Below the pieces are notes generated by a model. It did no database searches and was not told where the DNA came from. It worked only from the letters and a program-made list of their open reading frames with translations. From positions 21,514,001-21,578,000 of the forward strand of contig OX597840.1 of the NCBI GenBank assembly GCA_951406725.2: a stretch of 64,000 nucleotides of DNA. The letters are read 5' to 3'. Origin of the DNA: Octopus vulgaris. Lineage: Eukaryota. Within the stretch, counting starts at the first letter, position 1. Every line of letters starts with the position of its first letter. The translations under genes and the position numbers were made by a program. Positions 54,879 through 64,000 of the stretch are shown piece after piece.

Positions 54879-55089
54879 GTCCTTAATCTGCGCCAGCTGT
54901 GGCAACATTGACTTGCCCCAGGTACAACCCACACCAACGGCGCCACCTCTTCTAATGCAGCATTTGATCGGTCTTTACCAATTCTACCATCTTGCCACCT
55001 TAGTAGTGTTTCTTCAGGTTTCACATTCTGAGTTCAAATTTCACTGAGGTCGATGAATGCAGTACTAGTCAAGTACAGGGGCCAGTGGA

Positions 55090-55530
55090 CTTAAGAAGCA
55101 TCAGACGCGGTGTGTAAGAGAGACGACTGCACTGATTTGGTCAGGGGTTGCCTATGGATGAGGACAGCTGTATGTAAAAGTGTAACACCTGAGCAGTAGA
55201 GGGAACCTGTGGAAGAGGTAGACCCAGGAAGCCCTGGGATGAGGTGGTGAAGCCCGACCTTCGAACCTTGGGCCTCATGGAGGTGATGACAAGTAGCTGA
55301 TACCTTTGGAGATCTGCTGTGCTGGAAAAGACCTGGCAAGCCAAGTGAAACCATAACCATGGCCTATGTCAGTGTTGTATAACCAGCCCATTGAAGAGCA
55401 CCCCTCAATCATTGAGCAGTAAACAGCACTTGTGAAGACCTGTTGAGGCAAGTGAATTTGTTGTTGTGGCCAATGGCAGTACCGCATGATTGGCACCCGT
55501 TCCGGTAACATGTAAAATGCACCATTTGAG
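55090..55530 (+). mobile_element. Decayed RTE LINE C-terminus and 3' UTR
   Basis: ERRLH*FG...MDEDSC...VEGTCGRGRPRKPWDEVVK motif typical of RTE C-termini. A related 3' UTR segment lies inverted at about 25075-25300. Confidence 0.7.
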
Positions 55531-55589
55531 TGTGGTTGATGCCAGTGCCACCTGACTGTGTTTTTACTTTGGCTGCCATCAGACTAGCT

Positions 55590-55820
55590 ATACCACTCCT
55601 TAGGCTGCCGTTGACCTCACTGTGCCGACCTTGCTGTGCCTCTCTTTCAGCTGCCATCGGCCTTGTTGTGCCTCTCCTTCGACTGCCTTTGGCCTTGCTG
55701 CGCCTCTCCTTTGCCCGCCGTCAGCCTTGCTGCGCCTCTCCTTTGACTGCCATCAGTTTTGCTGCGCCTCTCCTTTGACTGCCATCAGCCTCGCTGCCCT
55801 TCTCTTTCAGCTGCCTCACT
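55590..55820. repeat. Degenerate tandem repeat of about 32 bp (GCCTCTCCTTTGACTGCCATCAG..TTGCTGC)
   Basis: About six to seven units are visible. Confidence 0.75.
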
Positions 55821-56588
55821 GTCACTCCACCCCTCTTCTGGTTACTTCACTCACAACGTAGACCCACCTCTTTCTCAGCTTCCATTAACCATCAGTTTTG
55901 TGTTACTGATGCAAACAAAGGCACAACATCCCACCAAACTCATCTAATGTTGGCAACGTTAATAATAATTACTCACCTAAAATTAGAAAAGGAAAGCCCA
56001 GTTATGAGCAGAACATCAATAAATGATTAGCATATAATTATAACTGCACACATTCCTATTGTATCCTGTCTATTGTTATTTCTGTTTACAGAGCCTTGTT
56101 CAGCTGTTCTCTCCTTAATATTTACGTTGAATTTAGTAATAATAATAATAATGACATCCTGCAGAAAGAAAATACTATTTATGCTTCAGAATCTGTTTTG
56201 AGATTTGTTCTGCTATTGTTAACAAAAATATTAACTGTTGTAAAAAAACATCTGTTTCAAAAAGTCGTTGTTGTTTTCCCCTTACTGCTTACAAACCGAA
56301 AGCTAACGAGGTAGCTTCTACCTGGGTACCCAACCTGCTAGCAATTGCAGCCAAATCGTACTCTACCTCTGTCTTTGCATCATCCTTATCGTTGTCTTTT
56401 TAACATCAGCTTTTCCATGCTTGCATGAGTCAGACGAAATTTGTCAAGGCAGATTTTCTACAGCTGGATGCTCTTCCTGTCACCAACTCTCCCCCGTTTC
56501 CAAGCAAAGTAATATTTTCCCCATGACCAGACATTTTTACACAGACTATTGGAATGAAATGACACTGCTTGTATGATGGTGTAACTTT

Positions 56589-57006
56589 GACTCTTTTACT
56601 CTTTTACTTGTTTCAGTCATTTTGACTGCGGCCATGCTGGAGCACCACCTTTAGTTGATCAAATCGACCCTGGGACTTATTCTTTGTAAGCCCAGTACTT
56701 ATTCTATCGGTCTCTTTTGCCGAACCGCTAAGTGACGGGGACGTAAACACACCAGCATCGATTGTCAAGCAATGCTAGGGGGACAAATACAGACACACAA
56801 ACGTATATACACACACACACACATATATATATATACATATATACGACAGGCTTCTTTCAGTTTCCGTCTACCAAATCCACACACAAGGCTTTGGTCGGCC
56901 CGAGGCTATAGCAGAAGACACTTGCCCAAGATGCCACGCAGTGGGACTGAACCCAGAACCATGTGGTTGGTTAGCAAGCTACTTACCACACAGCCACTCC
57001 TGCGCC
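56589..57006 (-). mobile_element. SINE family A copy
   Basis: Full-length reverse complement. Confidence 0.87.
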
Positions 57007-57341
57007 TTTCACATGATGTCAAGACAAGGAGACAGTAACACTCGTGCATGCACACACATACAACAGGCTTCTTTCAGTTTCCATCTACCAAATCCACTCC
57101 CAAAGCTTTGGTTGTCCTAGGGCCATAATAGCAGACTCACAATGGGACTGAACCCAGAACCATGTGGTTTGGAAATAAACTCTTTTACGACATATATGGA
57201 CTGAAAAATAGTTTTGTGTTTTTGTGAGAAGAATGCTTTTTATCCTAGGTTAGTTCGACCTGGGCAGACTTAGGATGAACAACGATAACAGCACAATCAA
57301 CAGCGTAGTCCTAGATACACTATGGCAATATTAGTCAGGAA

Positions 57342-57728
57342 GTGGAGGCGCAATGGCCCAGTGGTTAGGGCAGCGGACTTGCAGTCATAGGATCGCGGTT
57401 TCGATTCCCAGGCCGGGCGTTGTGAGTGTTTATTGAGCGAAAACACCTAAAGCTCCACGAGGCTCCGGCAGGGGATGGTGGTGATCCCTGTTGTACTCTT
57501 TCACCACAACTTTCTCTCACTCTTACTTCCTGTTTCTGTTGTACCTGTATTTCAAAGGGCCGGCCTTGTCACTCTCTGTGTCACGCTGAATATCCCTGAG
57601 AACTACGTTGAGGGTACACGTGTCTGTGGAGTGCTCAGCCACTTACACGTTAATTTCACGAGCAGGCTGTTCCGTTGATTCGGATCAACCGGAACCCTCG
57701 TCGTCGTAACCGACGGAGTGCTTCCCCC
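57342..57728 (+). mobile_element. Full-length tRNA-derived SINE (family C) with 12-bp TSD
   Basis: A-box TGGCCCAGTGG and B-box-like GGTTTCGATTCC; TSD ATTAGTCAGGAA at 57330-57341 and 57729-57740. Related copies at about 35495-35810 (-), 45500-45800 (+) and 60500-60790 (+). Confidence 0.88.
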
Positions 57729-60700
57729 ATTAGTCAGGAACTTGGGTTGATCTTAATCAATTTCAATGGAGTTAGGGGACCCTACTGTCTTTGTTGATTA
57801 GGGTTATATTTATTGTAAGGGTCTTAAATTGCTGGAATTGTTTAAAGGTCAGTTATTTCCTGCTTCATTATTCATAATTACATTAATTACAAAATAACCT
57901 TCCATCTCTAAGCAGTTCTTTTACTCCTTCACTTGTTTCAATCATTTGACTGCAGCCATGCTGGAGCACTGCCTTAAAGGGTTTTAGTTGAAGAAATTTA
58001 CCCCTGGACTTATTCTGTCAGTATCTTCTGCTGAACCGCTAAGTTATAGGGATGTAAACATATCAATATTGGTTGTCAAGTGATGTTGGTGGCGGGGGGG
58101 ACAAACACAGACATAAAGACTCACTCACACATGCACACACACACACGGCAAGCTTCTTTCAGTTTCTGTCTACTAAATCCACCCACAAGGCTTTGGTCAG
58201 CCCGAGGCTTTCGGAGAAAACACTTGCCCAAGGTGCCACACACTGGGATTGAACCTGGAACCATGTGGTTGGGAAGCAAGCTTCTTACCACACAGCCACC
58301 AAATATATATGCAAACAATTGTTTGTATATTTATTTGTAATACGTCCAAGCAGGTTTGGACACAGAAATATGATGGTTGCTGTAATTACGTCGTAGAAGA
58401 ACAGGTTTTTTTTCCAATACCAGTGTATTCATAAAGATTGTTTAACCATCTGTGTATCATAGTTCATACGTAGACACTGGATGGTGATGAGCTGGCAGAA
58501 TTGTTGCTGCGCTTAGTGACATTCCGTCCGTCTTTGTTCTGAGTTCAAATTCCACCAAGGTCAGCTTTGCCTTTCATCCTTTCGGGGTTGATAAAATAAA
58601 TATCAGTTGAGCACTTGGATCAATGTAATCAACTCACCCCCACCCTGCCCAAATTGCTGGCCATGTACCAGAATTTGAAATCAATATATACACACTTGAT
58701 AGGCCAAGTTACTACAATATTTGTACTGAGATAACGTCTCCCATGAAATACCAGAAAGAAATGAAAAATTATCCCATCAGTGACCAGTGAGAGCACCAGA
58801 TGCTTTTCTTTTTTATGCCTTTTTAATAGAGCATATTCATTATGCCTTTTTCGTTCACAGCTAGCCATATGTAGGGACAAGAATTCACCATTGTCTCCAA
58901 TAAATATATTATGATATATAGACTGCTTCAAATATGCATACTGGTTTTTTATTCAACTGAACAGCTATTTGCAACATCAGTGGATGTTTTGTACACTTAT
59001 ATCACAGTTGAGAAATTCTTGTCTGAACATGTCGTTGGCTGTGTGAAGGCACATGGCTTAGTAGTCAGGGTGGAAACGGGTGAGTGTTGGCAACAGGGAG
59101 GGCACCTGGCTGTAGAAAATTTGCCTCAACAAATTCCATCCCACTCATAATCGTAAGATTGTGAGTTCCATTCCTGGGCCGGACAATGCTTTGTGTCCAA
59201 GCAAAATACTTCATTTTACATTGCTTCAGTCCATTCAGCTGGCAAAAATGAGTAATCCTGCAAAGGGCTAGCATCCTATCCAGGTAGGGAATATATACGC
59301 CAGAGAAACAAGGAAAGCTGCCCTATACTCCCTTACAGAGCAATAGGGGCTAACCATGTAGCCGGCTGTGAGTCTATGCCTTTGAAAAGACCCTAAAAGT
59401 CTGAAATGCATCTGGCACTCTCACTGGATGCTGCTGGGATGAATTCTTATCTTTCTCCGATATTTATTATTCTTTTTAACACAGCAATCCATGAGAGGTG
59501 TTATCTCAGGACAAATACTTCAGTGAATGGCCCATCGACAGTGTATGGTACATTGGTGGCTATTTAATTAAAAACACTGCCTCAGTTGCAATCACTGGAT
59601 CTGTAAATACATTTTCACACTGAACACAATTACATTTTGCTGTGACTGTATAGTAAGACGTTTGCTTTCCAACCATATGGTTCTGGGTTCAGTCCTACTG
59701 TATGGCACCTTGGGCCATGCAGCAGTTTTCTGATCTAGTCCTCAGCTGATCAAAGCCTTGTGATTTGGTCAGCCTTGGATTTCGTTGATAGAACCGAGAA
59801 GATGCCTGTTGTGTGTGTATGCACATGCACACACGAATATATACATGTACACACACATACATGTATACACACACATACATGTATACACACACATACATGT
59901 ATACACACACATACATGTATACACACTCATACGTATGTGTATATCTTTGTATTTGTTCCCCACTACCATTTCACAACAGGTGCTGGTTTGTTTACATCCT
60001 CGCAACTCAGCAAAGAGAGACTAATAGAATAAGTTCCAGGCTTTAATAAAAAGACATAGTGTATTCTGGGGCCAACTTGTTTTACTAAACCCTTCAAAAC
60101 AACAGTGCCCCAGCATGGCCACAGTTCAGTGACTGAAACAAGTAAAAGATAAAAACATTCAAAATATTATTTTAACTCCATTTTCCTTTGTACACTCCCA
60201 GAAAAAGAAGTCTTGTGCTCTGACATCTGAGATATTCAATATTCTGTTAGTCTCGGCTGGTGTTTTGGTGTTTTTGTCAACAAAACTGAAGAATTGTGAC
60301 ATGTCTTCTACATAATTCCATCAATAGTCAGCACCAGTTTTTGTTTATTTGTCAGAAATTAGAACGTCCTTCCTTTCTCTCTCTTGTGACAAACATCACA
60401 AGGGAGTATTTTCGGTGAGTGTGTGGATGGGAGATATCTCACCATTTTAACAGGAGGTCATTTACCTCATCTTTGTTTTCTTTTACCTTCAGCCATAGTG
60501 AAGGCCTGTGGTTTAATGGTCAGAGGTATTTCATCCCCGGCAACACATAGTGTCCTTGAGCAAGACACTTTATTCCACATTGCTCCAGTCCACTCAGCTG
60601 GAAGAAATGAGTCGTATCAGTATTTGAAAGGACCAGCCTTTGTTGTATTCTGTGTCACACTGAATCTCTCTGAGAACTGCATTAAGGGTTATATGTGTCT

Positions 60701-60861
60701 GTGGAGGGCTCAGCCACTTGCATGTTAATTTCACGAGCAGGCTGTCCCATTGATCAGATCACTTGAAACCCTTGTCATAACCAACAGAGTGCCAGTAGCC
60801 TTCAGGCATCACATTCATATTTCTGTTAATCTGGTAAGTATACGACAATGGCAGTTCATCA

Positions 60862-60999
60862 TTAACCTTTAGCACACTAAAGGCAAATCATGTTGCCGTA
60901 TGAGTTTTCTCCCCTCTCAATGCAACACAATGTGCCTGCAGCAACAGGGGAGAAAACTCATGTGGTAACATGCTTTGCCTTCAACATGCTAAAGGTTAA
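60862..60999. mobile_element. Small foldback MITE flanked by TTAA
   Basis: TTAACCTTTAGCA..AAGGCAAATCATGTTGCC.TATGAGTTTTCTCCCCT / AGGGGAGAAAACTCAT.TGGTAACATGCTTTGCCTT..TGCTAAAGGTTAA; arms of about 55 bp. Confidence 0.75.
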
Positions 61000-61299
61000 T
61001 AAATTGGATTGTATGTGTTGATTGGTTATTGTGTTGTTCAAAATATTTGTTGCTGTTACTGGTACAAGGCCTGAAAGTTTGTTGGGGTAGCCTAGACAAT
61101 TACATCAATTGGTACTCAACACATTAATCGCCACAGCCTGTTACTGGAACTTAACCAGTGACGCCACATATTTTGTGCGATCGCACTGCACGCTGTTTAA
61201 TTACAAGGGAATGTAATTTCTTTGCATTTTTACAATATTTCTGAATTAAACTTCAATATTTAGCACTGAATAGACAAGGACTAGTTTGGTATCTACAGG

Positions 61300-62120
61300 A
61301 ACTCCAACCACTCACAGCTGTTATCTGAAATCTAGTAAGAGGTATCACTAGAAGAATTAGCAAACAGTAGATTATTCAAGAGGGCCACACCTCTTTATGA
61401 GGCTCTAACAAGGCGTGGCTTTGGTGATATGTTAATGCACATAGAAAATCATACCCCAAAGAGAGTTAGAAAGAAAAAGATAATCTGATTTAATCCTCCA
61501 TACAATCTAGATGTCTCCACAAATATAGGTAGCTGTTTCTTGATCCTAACTCACTTTTCCCAAACACCTACAAGTACCACAAACTTTTTGTTGCCCATAA
61601 CATAAAGATTATCTATTAATGACTAGACAATATTGTGTTCTATCATTGAATGTTACAACAGAAAAGAAAATCCTGTATTTACAGAAACAGCACTGCTTTA
61701 AGCTAATAGCACAGAAACCACTTCCACTGTCCACTGGAGATTCTGCCTCTCAAAAGCTGTTGTTTCTGTAGCCATCTCACTCTCTTCAATGATATTCTAA
61801 TAATCTATGTTGGCTTAACAGCTAATGACTTCAAAGAAAGATTTATGCAACACATGCACTCTTTCAGATACAGAACAGGGAAAACTCTACCAGCTAGCAG
61901 TCTTCCTCAGCATTGTCGCCATAAAAAAAAAACACACATTGTTAATGAACTTGATTGACTGCCAACACACAAGAAAGACCACCTTAATTCTAGTTGACCT
62001 ATATGCAGCAGTCATATAGATAAGATTTGCTTGCTCAAAGTAAGATTATTCCCTCTGCTTACCACCACTGCTGACACCTTGCAATAATTACATGAAATAC
62101 AGTTACACACAACACCAACT
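61300..62120 (+). mobile_element. Decayed Penelope-like retroelement ORF (RT thumb, linker, GIY-YIG endonuclease)
   Basis: Frameshifted fragments in the expected order: SNH, NLVRGITRRIS, FKRATPLYEALTRRGF, RKKKII*FNPPYNLDVSTNIGSCFL..HF (from 61468), PNTYKYHKLF..HNIKIIY, CPL..CLSKAVV, IYVGLTANDFKERFMQHMHSFR (61803-61868). These match typical PLE motifs IIWFNPPY..V.TNIG.FL and YIGLT..FK.R..H..SF. Boundaries are approximate. Confidence 0.82.
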
Positions 62121-62951
62121 GACATGATCTGTTTTCATCTGATATTACTGGCACACTAATAACTACTTACTATTTGGAACAACACCTGGTGTCGTCAAAT
62201 TTCACAGGTGGCACACCAGCTGATACCATTGAACTGACCTGCCTACCATGCAGAACTAAATAGACCATCTGTTGTCATAGTTTTAGTATATAGTGAGTTT
62301 AGTAACTCTTGTTCTATTCACATCATGGTTTCACATTGGTGTTCAAGTGGTAAGTCACAACACATTTCAACAGTTGTTGGCTTTCTCAACCACGACAGAA
62401 ATTTATTGAAGCTCCAAGTCCCATGGACACCAGGATGAAACCCCGAAGCAAAGGTGATGACATTATATCAAACTTTTATACAGGCCCAGGTATGGCTGTG
62501 TGGTTAAGAAGCTTGCTTCCTAACCATGGGGTTTTTGGTTCAGTTCCATTGTGCAGCACCCTGGGCAAATGTCTTCTACTTCAGCCTTGTGTGTGTGTGT
62601 GTATTGTTTGGCCCTTATCACTACTTGACAACCTGTGTTGGTTTGTTCACATCCCTGTGTCTTAGTGGTCGAGTAAAAGAGACCAACAGTATAAGTCTCA
62701 GGCTTAAAACTCTACCAGATCAGATTGGTGCCTGGTGCAGCCATCTGGTTCGCCAGTCCTCAGTCAAAATCGTCCAACCCATGCCAGCTTGGAAAGCGGA
62801 TGTTAAACGATGGTGATGATGATGTACAGAAAGAGAAAGATAAGCAGCCAACATCTCTACTTAACTCATTCATAATTTGTGTGTGTGTGTGTGTGACTTT
62901 GTGATATGTGATACATATGTATGTCAGATATTATAAAGGTGTGTGTATGTA

Positions 62952-62986
<35 letters not shown>

Positions 62987-63012
62987 TTTATTTTAAGCAG
63001 CAGAAAAATCAA

Positions 63013-63061
63013 CAAAATCTGTTACTCTGAGTTTCTCGTTGCTGTTCATCAGACAGTTTTG
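63013..63061 (-). ncRNA. Inverted copy of the 63177 hammerhead motif
   Basis: Reverse complement reads caaaactgt-CTGATGA-acagcaacga-GAAACTCAGAGTA-acagattttg; one helix II substitution relative to the + copy. Confidence 0.6.
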
Positions 63062-63176
63062 CTAGAATGGAACATATATATTAATTCAATCTATACTCTT
63101 ACAAACGCTACACCTTTATATATAATATAGCGTTTGTAATAGTATAGATTGAATTAATATATATGTTCCATTCTAG

Positions 63177-63226
63177 CAAAAACTGTCTGATGAACGGCAA
63201 CGAGAAACTCAGAGTAACAGATTTTG
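63177..63226 (+). ncRNA. Minimal type I hammerhead motif with palindromic helix III
   Basis: caaaaactgt-CTGATGA(63187-93)-a cg GCAA cg a-GAAA(63204-07)-CTC a GA-GTA(63214-16)-acagattttg. Helix I pairs 9 of 10 bp, helix III is ACTC-A-GAGT (dimer type), and position 10.1/11.1 is a non-canonical A.A. Confidence 0.7.
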
Positions 63227-63326
63227 TTGATTTTTCTGCTGCTTAAAATAAAGCATATTACTCTACCACTGGTATTTGAGTACTCTTTTTTCCACCTTGT
63301 TTCACATTTATGTGTTTACTCCGGTC

Positions 63327-63365
<39 letters not shown>

Positions 63366-63566
63366 ATTTATGTATGTCATGCTATAGAGATGAGTGTGTG
63401 TTATAAGTGTTTGGCTACCTAAGTATCGTAATATAACCTGTGTTAGAGGCTGGATAGTAAGAACAAGGAAAAATACCCAGGAATGCACTAGGCATGCTAA
63501 GGTGCATATGTGATGGTGCTGTCAGTTGTCACTGTGCAAGACCTGACATATCAAGGTCATAACTAA

Positions 63567-63604
<38 letters not shown>

Positions 63605-64000
63605 GTAGGTCAATAGCTATTTGGTATCTGTTTGCTGGGCTGTGTGTGTGTGTGTGTGTCTCTTGTCATTTGCTGTAAAGGTATTCGTGTGTAATGATAT
63701 GCATTGGCATACTTTCTGCATTTGCATGGGTTATTGCCTTCTTTTTGTGTTGCTAAAACAATCTACCTTCTGTGGTTCTACTTAATCTGGTCATTGGACT
63801 GCGGCCATACTGAGACACCACCGCAAAAGGTTTTGATGGAACGAATCGACCCCAGTTTTTAGGTTTTTCTTTCCCTTTTTTTTTTTAAACCTGGTACTTA
63901 TTCTGTCACTCCCTTTTGCTGAGCCATTAGGTTACAGAGATGTAAACAAACCAACACCAATTATCAAGCATTGCGGGAGACAAACACACACACATGCACA

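Noticed and set aside
16392-64000. Search for CerS exon 2 (F.A.P...homeodomain-like W.RRR) and TLC-domain exons
   Set aside because: No convincing candidate seen by eye. The exon probably lies beyond the window, although a short or divergent exon could have been missed.

Overview
AT-rich, repeat-dense animal genomic DNA. It is most likely an octopus or other coleoid cephalopod, inferred from the tRNA-derived SINE families and very high microsatellite load. Almost all ORFs in the supplied track are microsatellite or SINE artefacts. Supported genes are the first coding exon of a ceramide synthase (CerS5/6-like, 16213-16391, +), followed by a long intron with no recognisable exon 2 in the window, an intronless tRNA-Leu(CAA), and a decayed tRNA-Glu. 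The rest is three SINE families, RTE and L1-like LINE remnants, hAT and piggyBac-type MITEs, satellites and palindromes. The most interesting signal is a set of short, microsatellite-embedded elements carrying type I hammerhead ribozyme motifs (about 13.2-14.0 kb, 22.9-23.4 kb, 50.5 kb, 63.0-63.3 kb). Several share a hammerhead > AATAAA > TATT(T)GAGYAC architecture, and three carry an inverted upstream copy. A decayed Penelope-like RT-thumb/GIY-YIG ORF at about 61.3-62.1 kb is a plausible autonomous relative. All calls were made by eye; no searches or folding were run.
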